Below the pieces are notes generated by a model. That model was not told the origin of the DNA and ran no database searches. It saw only the letters and a program-made list of their open reading frames with translations. From Octopus sinensis (lineage: Eukaryota): a DNA stretch of 64,000 nucleotides. Of the stretch, positions 1 through 11,286 are shown in pieces (the first letter of the stretch is position 1; every line of letters starts with the position of its first letter). The stretch is from positions 37,572,001-37,636,000 of the forward strand of contig NC_042997.1 in the NCBI RefSeq assembly GCF_006345805.1, read 5' to 3'. The translations under genes and the position numbers were made by a program.

Positions 1-728
1 GTATTTGGACACATGTGGACCGTTTTCGGGACTGGCATTATAGCATCACCTTTCCCATAATTTACTACCACGACGAAAAAATTCACCAACCCTTCACTTT
101 GAAGTCTGCAATGCAACTGATTTGTTTCGCGCCAAATCTTAGCAGTCTCAGTGTGTAAAATACAATTCTAATACGGAGCAAATAGTTCAGCAGAAAATAT
201 TTGCGAAGATACCATTAACTCTATTATTATCTAGGATAAAAGTCATTAAGAATGATATTAAAATAATAATATAGCCTAATGACTGAAACAAATAAATGGT
301 GAAAGATATGTATAGACATGCATGTACATATTGACTCATACATTCTTACATACAGAACCTATAGTATATGCGTGTGCGCACGCCTGCGTGTCTTTGTAGA
401 ATACGTGCGTTATTCGAAAACAAATTTGGTAATTAAATAGGACAACTCTAAAATAACAAAAATCAAACGGATAAATTTGTGCACTTCCTCTGATTAAGCT
501 TACTTGGTTTATTATTCAATAGATGTGTCTTTGGCGTCAATAACTGACAACGCATGGAGGAGGTGGTGTCCAATAATGAATATAAATATTTGTCTGGACA
601 ATTCGGCCCCCAGAAATGACCGTAGGACTTTTAATGCTCGAACCGTTTATATTTTACACTTTTTGGGGGACTCTTAACTTTCTATCTAATTCTATGATAT
701 CGTTTTTATTCTATAAATCGGATTATAC

Positions 729-759
729 ATACATACATACATACATACATGTATATATA

Positions 760-847
<88 letters not shown>
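729..847. repeat. (TACA)n/(TA)n microsatellite, representative of dozens of (TA)n, (CA)n and (TACA)n tracts across the window
   Basis: Directly visible. These tracts explain the YIYI, HTHT and VCVC ORFs in the supplied track. Confidence 0.98.
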
Positions 848-849
<2 letters not shown>

Positions 850-1599
850 TGCTTTTATATATTTATGTATTTGGCGAGTCTGTTTTCACGTTTTTGAGTT
901 CAAATTTCGTCGAGGTCTACTTCGACATAAAGGTGGTGCTGAAACAATTAAAAGAGTAAAAGAGCGACGAGTCAAAATATTTTTACTATACTTATATATC
1001 CATATATTTTTAATATGTTTGATGTTTTAAAGAAGTCTTTAAAAATTAATACACATCGACTGTACGGCTGAATGTATGTATTATTATATGTGAATTGACT
1101 TTCCTAATTTTGTGTCAGTATTTGTGCCTCACCATAACTTGAAAACTGATGCTGGTACGTTTACGTTCCAGTAACATAGCAATTCGGCAAATCGAGCCAA
1201 CAATATTAGTATTGGGGCCGTTTCGTTTGACTAATATTCGTCAAGGCGGTTTCACAACACGGCTGCAGTCTAATAACAAAAACATTAAAAGAAAAGATAA
1301 AAGAAACAGGATTTTCAGTTCAAAAAATAGAATATTAATTTTGCGTACATTCGAGTAAAATATCGATCAGTTTCCAATGAAGCCACTGATGTAGATCCAC
1401 ACTCATAACTATAACAAAGGCAGGAAGAAATAGACAAATATATTCACAATTATTTACAAGTATTTTCAAACATATTTAGCACAGTTCACTTCCTTTTTTC
1501 ATTGTTCAGTATTCAGTCGCACTGCGTGGGGCCTTGGCCAAGTATCTTCTACTATAGCCTCCAGTCGTCCAAAGCCTTGTGAGTGATATTGATTTTAAA

Positions 1600-1787
1600 T
1601 CTTGGCTCAAGGCCAGCAACTCCGAGGATTATCTCGATCCCAGAGCTCGACTGGTATCTGTTTTATCGACCCCAAAAGGATGAAAGGCAAAGTCGATCTC
1701 GGCGGAATTTGAACTCAGAACGTAAAGACGGACGAAATGCCGCTAAGCATTGGCACAGAGTGCTACTGATGCTGCTAGTTCACCGCC
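1600..1787 (-). mobile_element. Octopus-type tRNA-derived SINE, family A (core gttcaaattccgccgaggtcgactttgcctttcatcc), decayed copy
   Basis: Reverse complement of the core seen intact at 40110-40342. A CORE-type SINE fragment lies just upstream (~1505-1585). Confidence 0.8.
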
Positions 1788-3748
1788 TTCTTTAGAACAC
1801 ATATAGAGATACATTTTTTTTATATATGTGTATGAAGCAAATAACATTTTTTCGATGCTATTCTGCGAATATCTACTTCTGATATTTGTAGTAATAAATT
1901 TTCAACTTTAACACATGTAGACAACCAGTCAAGTTTATATTAAATTGATGATATTTTCCTTAGGCATAGTAGACATATTGATTGTGGTGAAGTCATTTTA
2001 ATGACAAATTATTCCCGAAACGTTAGATTTTTTGTGTAAGATGCCTTCATTGGAATTTATATTGTCTAAGTTTGTATGTGTGTAAGTGTGTGTGTGTGCG
2101 TGAATGTGTGCGCGTGTGTGCAGTCGGGTGCAAAATTTCAAAAGAGTAAAAAAGACTGTGCGTTTTTGTATGTGCGTGTCCCTATATGTATATTAACAGC
2201 GGTTTATTAATTACTTGTTATATGAAAAATAGTGAAAATATTTTGAACGCAGTTTAAGAATACATAAATTACATTTCATTGTGAACCATGTGGTTAGACA
2301 CATATACGTTCACATTCCCAAATTCATGCACATAAACAAGAATACGATTATATGCATCATTTCTTGAGTGAAGAATTTCTAATAAAAGAGAGTGAATTTT
2401 CTCACAACAATATACGAAACCTTTTAATACATATAAACAAAAATGATACAAAAACTACGTTAATATACTCTGTGGCAGCAACAATTTATTACAAGTATTT
2501 CGATAGGCGTTCTAAGAGTGTTTTGTAAGCTTAATCTAAATATAAAATCTGATTTTTGTTCGAGTTTATGCTAGTGAACAAAATTCCTTACACTTTTATA
2601 CATAGTTCTTGCATGTATACTTCATGACTCTCTCCTTATTTTTCCTAATAACCTTCTAAGGATATTTCATTGCTTTTTTCTGTCGCTTTGCTTCAAATTA
2701 AAACTTATGTTATAAAATTTAAAATATACACGTAAAAAATGTTCCTGTGGTCTGCACTTCACATACTTCGATCCAAAAATGCAAATCTCAGTCTGATCTC
2801 TCCATTTGAATATGCGCCAATTTCTGTTAGATTCTTACCCGTAAAAGGTATTTTATTTGCAATAATTTTTTTTCATAGCAGTCTTTATTTATGTTCTTCC
2901 TCAAAGAATCTTCGGCTTACAGATCCATCCTCTAAACAGACCTATGTTTGCCGTGTTTCTTATGATGTCATTTGATCAATTAGAAATAGTTCCCCATAAT
3001 TGCAGTTTTCATTTTCACTACACTTATTTAGAAAAATATTGGTAGAAATTCCTTACACCATCTCCAAAGTTTCTGGCAATCTGATGAAAAGCGTATTATA
3101 TTTTGTCCTCTGTTTACATAGTATCAAGTCTTCCCTAATACTAATACTAACGATCTATGCAAGTTCGAATATATACGCTACCAAAAGTGATGTCATCTTG
3201 TCTCATTGCTGGTTGACAACAGAATATGTAATAATACATATTTGCTTCCACAATCTATACTTTTACATACTCAATTTTCATTTAATCAACTATTTTAACG
3301 TAAAAAAAAACACTGTTAATTTTGGAGCACTATAGTGTATAGAACAATTTCATTTGAACAACAAAGGTTAAAAAATACTTATAACGAAGATAGTGTTATT
3401 AAATCCCACAAACTACAACTTGTATATAGAAGTGGATATTACTTTATAATCATTGAATACAGTCGTTTCTGAGGTTGCACTGGAAGAGTTTTTTTCTTGT
3501 TTTGTTGCACTGTTTCACGTTTTCTTTTCCCTTCGGTCATGTATTCATTATTCCTAAATATTCATCACAGTTATACGTATATATATATATATATATGTTT
3601 GTTGTATATGTGTGCGTGTTTGTGTGTGTGTGTGTATGTGTATGTGTGTGTGTGTATGTGTGGGTGTGGGTGTAGCTGAAATTTACAGAAAAACAAAAGA
3701 CAATATATGTATATATATAATCTACTGCCATCTGTAGCAGACGGAGTG

Positions 3749-4144
3749 GTTCGTTCCCCTGCTCACAATATATGGGATGCAGGTGTGCATTGTAAACCAC
3801 TTAGAGGAGATGTCTTCTTGGGGTTAACAATCGCTATAAAATCCGTTCGAACGGACAGTTATGTTGAAGTGGCTACGAACATTACTTGTTAGTACAACTA
3901 CTGCGTCGATACCTTACAGAGACTTCAGAACTAGTATGTTTATATATATGTATATAAGCAAACATGGTTGTTTTAAAATCTCTCTAAGAGATTGACGCAG
4001 TAGTTGTACAAACAAGTAGTGTCAGTAGCTCTTTCAACATGGCTCTCTGTTCGAACGAAATTTGTTGCGATGTTTTAAACCCAAGAAGACGTCTCCTCTA
4101 CTTGGTACAGCTGCATCCGAGATACTACGATCATGGGAGCGAAC
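3749..4144. repeat. Old foldback (MITE-like) element with ~175-bp inverted arms around a short TA-rich loop
   Basis: 3749-3927 aligns to the reverse complement of 3975-4144 (e.g. gtacaactactgcgtc / gacgcagtagttgtac; ggagatgtcttcttgggg / cccaagaagacgtctcc), roughly 70% identical by eye. Confidence 0.75.
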
Positions 4145-4847
4145 TCCTACCACCTTCTCGCAATGGTACCAGCAGACCACCCTAGTTTTGGGCTACTTCT
4201 CTTCATGTATGTATGTATTTATGAATGAATGTATGTATGCATATGGTCTCGTTAGGAATATCACTTGAATAATTCAAGTGAAGTATATGGCAAATCCGTT
4301 TATATATTTTTCAAGTGTGAATGTAAATCTTGTTAATTTTTATGTAGAATTAATTCAAACTACTTCTGGCGAACTGTGTTCGTCAGTTTTTATGCACATC
4401 CAATTCAGCTAGTTGCTTGTTTATCTCTTAAAATAATTTCAGTCTTTAATTAAATTATTGTGAATTTCATTTTGTGATGAAATTATTGTCAAGCTTCACA
4501 TATGTTGCAGGTCGCTTTCTTTCTGTCGCATATATTCGGTTATGTTTAAAGCTTTCCTTCCTTAGTTGTTAATTACCAGGTTATCCGCCCTTCGGTCCGT
4601 GTCACACATAACTCTGGCAATGTGGATGTCACATTTTTCTACTGCATAATTAGAAAATCAATCTTTAACCAATATTCTGTACGGCAATTAATCTAATTTG
4701 GTTCGAGTTTCTATTTGAACATGGTATTTATCACTTTTAGTCCGAAATGTTTATTTAAATATAGATAAACTCCCAGACGCAGATGTACTGTCATCAGTCA
4801 TGCTTACCCGCAACTATCGGTCCATTTATATAGTCTGTTCTCATCAT

Positions 4848-5364
4848 AATATTGAAGGCACCTTATTTAGTCTGTCTTTACGTTCTGTGTTCAAATTCCA
4901 CGGTGGTCGACTTTGCATTTCATCCTTTCAGGATCGATAAATTAAATACTATTTGCGTACTTGGATCGATCTAATCGACTAGCCCCCTCCCTCAAAATTT
5001 CGGGCCTTGTGTCTTGAGGAGAGAATAATATTGAGGGCACCTTCTTTCGCCTGTCTTTACGTTTTGAATTCAAATACCACCGAGGTCGACTTTGTCTTCC
5101 ATCCTTTCGAGGTCGATAAATATTCTTTTCTACGCTAGGCACAAGGCTCGAAATTTTGGGGGAGGAGGTGCAGTCGATTAGATCGACCCCAGTACGCAAC
5201 TGGTCCCTAATTTATCGACCCCCAAATGATGGAAGGCAAAGTCGACCTCGGCAGAATTTGAACTCAAACGTAAACACAGACGAAACACCGCTAAGCATTT
5301 TGCCCGACATTCTAACGTTTCTGCCAGCTCAGCATCTTAGTAGAAATGAATATTGAAGGCACCT
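4848..5364. mobile_element. Cluster of three family-A SINE fragments (two +, one -) punctuated by three copies of a 16-mer
   Basis: SINE cores at ~4864-5020 (+), ~5043-5110 (+) and ~5125-5335 (-). aatattga(a/g)ggcacct occurs at 4848, 5027 and 5349. Confidence 0.8.
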
Positions 5365-5710
5365 ATTATCACCATTTCCATGTCTGTGAGAGATGTTGCC
5401 TCCTGTATGTTCCAGTCCGCAAAAAAATATTTTTCCTTTGATTACTGAAGAACTGTAATTCCTTCCTAATGTAATTCCTTACTTACATGGGTTCTTGTCC
5501 AGATTCTGTGTTGAACTTCGATTTTTTTCTTTCCAGAAGTATCACAGCTACATATGACTGCCTGAATCAGGAGATTGACTTTTGCTTAGAGCTCCTATAA
5601 AAATGCATTATCTCTATTTCCATTCTTACCAGTGACATAATTTTGTGCCTGCCACTTGACAGTTGAGCAGAATCGTATATTCTAATATGCTCTCATTTGA
5701 TTCTTTGCAG

Positions 5711-5779
5711 TCTTTTGATGATTATTATTTGCCAATGGCAATCGCAGTGACACAGAATCGTCTGATCCGACTCGAAGAT
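5711..5779 (+). CDS. Candidate isolated internal exon (SFDDYYLPMAIAVTQNRLIRLED), product unknown
   Basis: Strong acceptor (ttctaat...ctctcatttgattctttgcag) and donor (GAT|GTAAGT); 69 bp, phase 0-0, only one open frame. No homology recognised and no phase-compatible neighbour found. Confidence 0.3.
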
Positions 5780-5946
5780 GTAAGTGATAGCACTCAAATA
5801 TGGATGCTGCTCGCAAATGTTTTTAAACATCATCAGCTTTTGAAAGTTAATAGCCTCGCTCTCATGGACTTCCTTAAAATTTCCTAATCGGCAACAACAT
5901 AAGTGAAGTACAAAACGCTGAAGCTGTCATAGTTAATAGCCCTTCA

Positions 5947-6332
5947 CGTGGAGGCGCAATGGCCCAGTGGTTAGGGCAGCGGACTCGCGGTCATAGGATC
6001 GCTGTTTCGATTCCCAGACCGGGCGTTGTGAGTGTTTATTGAGCGAAAACACCTAAAGCTCCACGAGGTTCCGGCAGGGGATGGTGGTGATCCCTGCTGT
6101 ACTCTTTCACCACAACTTTCTCTCACTCTTACTTCCTGTTTCTGTTGTACCTGTATTTCAAAGGGCCGGCCTTGTCACGCTCTGTGTCACGCTGAATATC
6201 CCCGAGAACTACGTTAAGAGTGCACGTGTCTGTGGAGTGCTCAGCCACTTACACGTTAATTTCACGAGCAGGCTGTTCCGTTGATCGGATCAACCGGAAC
6301 CCTCATCGTCGTAACCGACGGAGTGCTTCCAC
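5947..6332 (+). mobile_element. Full-length tRNA(Arg-like)-derived SINE, family B, with 12-bp TSD
   Basis: A box TGGCCCAGTGG, B box GTTTCGATTCCC, TCG in the anticodon-like loop. TSD aatagcccttca at 5935-5946 and 6333-6344. Near-identical to 38332-38716. Confidence 0.93.
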
Positions 6333-6617
6333 AATAGCCCTTCAAGTTTCTACCGTAGATTTCTGGGTCAAGCTTCCTAACGTTATATGTAGTTCTGTTG
6401 GGCCCAACGCATGAAAGACGCTACCACTCGTAGGTGAGCTTTGGATTTTGCACGCCTCATAAAGCTACTGATTCGTACATACGTTTCTTCTTCTACCTTC
6501 GTCTAGTGACAGTTGTTCTCCTTAATTTGACATGTTTAGAATGACAGGTAAGTTTACAGAGTTTCTTTATATACTAAGGGTAAATGCCTTGTCTTACCGT
6601 AATAAGAGGCTGAAAAT

Positions 6618-8197
6618 CCTACTTTATATATCTGATAGGAAAGATCTGACAACATCGAGTGATTCATATCTAAACTTTACGCTATAATACAAGCGGCAAT
6701 TTAGCTCTAATCTGAAAACCTTAATACTTTCCACTGAGGCGCATCTTCCACACTTCCTTTATCTTATACTTTGGTTCGCACTAAATAACAGTCAGGTCAC
6801 CCAAGAAAATCCATAGCATTAGTCAATAGGCGTTTCCTACAATTTACTATATTTGGGTTGCCAATAAAGACATATTACAAATGTTAAACTGATTTTATTA
6901 TAACATATTTTGTTTTGTTTTAAACAATTAGTGAAGTGATATAAATAATATTATGACAAGATATAATCAAATGAAACAAGATTTCGTCCACGAGAAGCGT
7001 ACTTTTTACTCTTGAGTTCTTTTATAAGTCTTGTATTGTATGAAATCACATTATGGAAATCTTAGCACATTAATTTGATGGATAATTCCCAGAATATGCT
7101 GCTATCCACCCACTATTTGGCATACTATACTACTATTGCGTGGATACCTTTGCCTTATAGCATATATTTCATGTTCTTATTTGAGACGTTGAAGAACATC
7201 ATAGTGAAAGTAAACATCAATATAGTCAACATTTTACATTATACAAAACGTTGTATAATTCATGAGGTAGATATTCCCAATATGAAAGTTATGTAACATA
7301 TTACCAAGAGACGTGTTGCTTAGTCGTAGTAATAGCAAATACATAATATGTAATTTATGTCCTCAACATGTTTGAGGCCTTCTATCTCATTTGAGAATCA
7401 GGATTAAAATCGTTGTTTTCAGAAATGTTAGCAATTTCTAAGGATTTCGAAGTTTCGTCCATTTCAGATAAGTGAATAATATAATGCAAGTATATTCTAG
7501 CAAGACTTTAGGTTGATAACTTGAAACCTATTGGTTTATATGTTTAAAATATTATTCGGGAAATTATTGATTTCTCTGAAACCTACTTTGATACTTTGAT
7601 GTTTATAAAGAGCCATTAATATTGCATTTTTCCGTTTTAAACAAACAGCTTTCTTTTACGTCTTTGTATGATTCGTTCACCACAGATTCTGTGTAATATT
7701 CAAATTTGAGAAAAAAAAAAAGTCATCGGTTTACCGTACTTGAAATAATGCAATGATCCCATTTAAACTATAACTGATAGACGACAATGTGTTTCACGCA
7801 ATATACTTTGAACTTTGATATTCATTTTCTTTGCAGAATATTCAATATTTTTAATGTTGTATGATCTGCACAGTAAATACGTAGGAAAATATGGTGAACT
7901 GAATAAGCAGAAGAACATAATAAACGCATTTGTATGAGCGTAGGTGCATGTGTTTATTGTAATATTTTATATAGTTTGTCAGTGATCGATTAATGATTTT
8001 AATATCAATGTAAATCTATCATACTCAGAATAATCCTATATCATTCACTATGCATTTCTAAATCGGTTGACTCTCTTTCTCAGTTAAGGTGTATTGCAGA
8101 AACTTCAATGCATAATACTGATACCGCAACCATGCTTTGCTATATTTTGTACTCGGTTTTTTAAGAAATGCTGATGTATATTGATGTTTTGCTAAAC

Positions 8198-8228
<31 letters not shown>

Positions 8229-8245
8229 TACATATATACATATGC

Positions 8246-8329
<84 letters not shown>

Positions 8330-8555
8330 ATATAGGTGATCATTCCATTGATCCAACGGATTACCTACTTTATATATCTGATAGGAAAGAACTGACAACA
8401 TCGAGTGATTCATATCTAAACTTTACGCTATAATACAAACGGCAACTTTGCTCTAATCTGAAAAGCTTAATACTTTCCACTGAGGCGCATCTTCCGCACT
8501 TTCTTCATCTTATACGTTGGTCCGCACTAAATAACAGTCAGGCCACCCAAGAAAA
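6618..8555 (+). repeat. 192-bp direct duplication (6618-6809 and 8364-8555)
   Basis: About 11 substitutions, no indels; not similar to other repeats in the window. Confidence 0.9.
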
Positions 8556-9149
8556 ATTATTGTAAATGTACCCTCAGATATGTGTTTGGCGTGGCTATAT
8601 AATCAGATATTTTTGCATAACATCGAATCGGCTTTTGGTTCTGTCACATTTGCAGCACTAGCATCATGTCTCATCGATTATAGATTGAAACTGGAGCAAA
8701 ATTTGCAGGAGAGAAACAGGGTGACACACTCTAACTTTAACACACCAATTTGGCTCTTTCTTGATATTATTGGAATCCATTATTTTTCATCACAAATATC
8801 CGGGTGCCATCTGCAACCCATGCAAGTTACAAAAATAGTCGTTGGCACACTTTCTATCTAGCTGAAAACTAGAATACTTCGATATTGTACGCATATTTTT
8901 AATACTTTTATATACTATATTCACAGATTTACATATATATATATGATTCTGTATACACGTTTCCATGAATAAAATACTTTTTGAAACTACAATAATGTGC
9001 ATAAATATGACAAAATTAACTGTATGAGATTTTGTGATTGTTAAACCTAAATATAAAAGCCTGGCCATACACACATGAGATTTTATCAATTGTTGTGTAT
9101 TTACATAATTTACATGTGACGGATATTTGTCCTCATCTTGTTTGCTGTT

Positions 9150-9197
9150 AACACAACGTTTCGGCTGATATACCTTCCAGCCTTCATTAGGTGTCTT
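9150..9197 (-). ncRNA. Decayed minimal hammerhead motif (core CUAAUGA, G5A)
   Basis: Minus strand reads aagacac CTAATGA a ggctg-gaaggtatat-cagcc GAA ACGT T gtgtt; helices I-III can form but the core has A at G5. Confidence 0.65.
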
Positions 9198-9246
9198 GGA
9201 GAAATTTCGAACCTAGGTTCTCATTCCTATTTTTCGATGTTGTTAC

Positions 9247-9325
<79 letters not shown>

Positions 9326-9326
<1 letters not shown>

Positions 9327-9972
9327 TATGTTTGAGTTTTGCTTTATATTTGTACAAGTTGGCTCCAAGTCTCACCCAGAGACCTCAAGAGACAACAGGT
9401 TGGAAGTTCATATTGTTGTTATGCCTAGTGTGCCATATATTGGGGAGGGGGTTGGTGTTGTACTAATGAATGTCTAAAAAAAACAAAACATTTTTTTCTT
9501 TTTTTTTAAACACCGAAAATTATGTTTGTTTTAAACCTTGAGATTACATAGAAAGTATTTTGCGTAGGATATGAGCAGTACCCATGAGCACTATCTTTTG
9601 AATTTCTGCCATTTTTGGGTTTTCTGGTATCTGAGTTAGGTAGCTATCAGCCCCTTTTGCTATCATTCCCAGGGCACCTATGACAACAGGTATTGTTTTA
9701 GTCTTCAGGTTCCACATTTTGCTGATTTATATTTCAAGATCTTTATATTTGCTCAGTTTTTGGTAGGTCTTGACAGATACGTTTATATCGATTGGGACAG
9801 TCATATCAATGAGGAGGCATGTTCTTTGTTTGAAGTCTTTCAATATGATGTCTGGCCTATTTGCATCTATTTTCCTGTCAGTTTGAATGGTGAAGTTCCA
9901 GAGGAGTGAGATGTGGTCATTTTCAAGCACTGGGGGTGGTTTGTGTTCCCACCAGTTTTTTTCATGGGGCAA

Positions 9973-9976
<4 letters not shown>
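9326..9976 (-). mobile_element. 5'-truncated R4/Dong-like non-LTR retrotransposon (RLE endonuclease domain + 3' UTR)
   Basis: Frame 9544-9972 reads ...LLWNFTIQTDRKIDANRPDIILKDFKQRTCLLIDMTVP...KYKDLEI*ISKMWNLKTKTIPVVIGALG...IQKIVLMGTAHILRKILSM*. PD-(D/E)xK motif, one nonsense codon, (TAA)n on both sides. Confidence 0.88.
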
Positions 9977-10047
<71 letters not shown>

Positions 10048-10251
10048 TATTCAGGTTACTGCCTGTAATCGGACTCGGAATCTTGGGGTTAGTAGCCCGC
10101 GCTCTTAACTACTACGCCATATTGCCCGTGGGCAATTATGGAGTGATTTTTAGGGCGTATAAATCTGATATTTTCACATTCTTCCTTAATACCGGTTCCC
10201 ACATGCTATTCATATCTACACACGGTCTGCTTAGGAGGTTGTTGTGTCCTA

Positions 10252-10376
10252 GCATAATTGCCCACAGGCATATGGCGTAGTGGCTAAGAGCACGGATTAC
10301 TAGCCCCGAGATTCCGAGTTCGATTCCAGTCAGTGATCTGAATAACAATAATAATAACAACAACAACAACAACAAC

Positions 10377-10435
<59 letters not shown>

Positions 10436-10640
10436 CAACAATAATAATAACAATAATAATAATAATAATATCGAAAAATACCTTAGGAATGATATGAGAA
10501 CCTAGGTTTGAAATTTCCTCAAGACATCTGATGAAGGCTGAAACGTTGTGTTAACAACAAAAAAGTTGAGGACAAATATCCGTCAAATGTAAATATAGTA
10601 AATAACGTATATAATTCCTCATCACTTAAATATAGAACTG
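10252..10640 (+). mobile_element. tRNA-head + (AAT/AAC)n + hammerhead-tail element, right copy
   Basis: A box TGGCGTAGTGG 10273-10283, B box GTTCGATTC 10318-10326, (AAT/AAC)n 10341-10470. Tail has CTGATGA at 10528-10534 and GAAACGTT with most of helix II deleted. Another tail fragment lies at ~38106-38170. Confidence 0.85.
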
Positions 10641-10958
10641 TGTTGTGTATTCGTTCTAATATTGTACGCTTTTTCATCTAGTCATGATTTAAGAAGTATT
10701 ACTTTATAGTAGTCGATTAGGTCACCTAAATAATTTTATTATTCTCTATTTGGTACATGAAACTGAGACAGTGTGAAAAAAATCTGACGGATGAAAGTGA
10801 AACATTAGAAATATGAAAGTAAAATAAAAGTATATTTCCCGGTAAATGAAAGAAATGGACGCGATAAAATGAAGAGAAAAATTGGAATGCTAAATACTAA
10901 AGAGGCAGTATTACGGTGACATTCTCGGGACAGTATAATGCTGAATTTATGAAGAACA

Positions 10959-11286
10959 AAGGAGCACTCCGTCGGTTACGACGACGAGGGTCCCAGCTGA
11001 TACGATCAACAGAACAGCCTGCTCGTAAAATTAACGTGCAAGTGGCTGAGCACTCCACAGACACGTGTACCGTTAACGTAGTTCTCGGGGAGATTCAGCG
11101 TGACACACAGTGTGACAAGGCCGGCCCTTTGAAATACAGGTGCAACTGATTTTTGCCAGCTGAGTGGACTGCAGCAACATGAAATAAAGTGTCTTGCTCA
11201 AGGACACAACGCGTCGCTTGGAATCGAACTCACGACCTTACAATCGTGAGCCGAATGCCCTAACCACTAAGCCACGCGCCTTCACC
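10959..11286 (-). mobile_element. Full-length tRNA-derived SINE, family C, sharing its 3' ~180 bp with family B; 12-bp TSD
   Basis: Minus-strand A box TGGCTTAGTGG and B box GAGTTCGATTCC. TSD ttatgaagaaca at 10947-10958 and 11287-11298. Confidence 0.92.

Larger units (their letters stand above)
9099..10137 (-). mobile_element. tRNA-head + (AAT)n + hammerhead-tail element, left copy, interrupted by a Dong/R4 LINE fragment
   Basis: tRNA-like head ~10050-10130 (minus), (TAT)n at 9977-10050 and 9246-9325, tail 9099-9245. Inverted relative to 10252-10640. Confidence 0.82.

Noticed and set aside
1203-1239. aatattagt...actaatatt inverted repeat
   Set aside because: A 9-bp AT-rich stem, within chance expectation.
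5947-6030. tRNA genes at SINE heads (also 10267-10335, 11210-11286, 38332-38410)
   Set aside because: A and B boxes are present, but the sequences continue into SINE bodies with TSDs and lack a proper acceptor stem.
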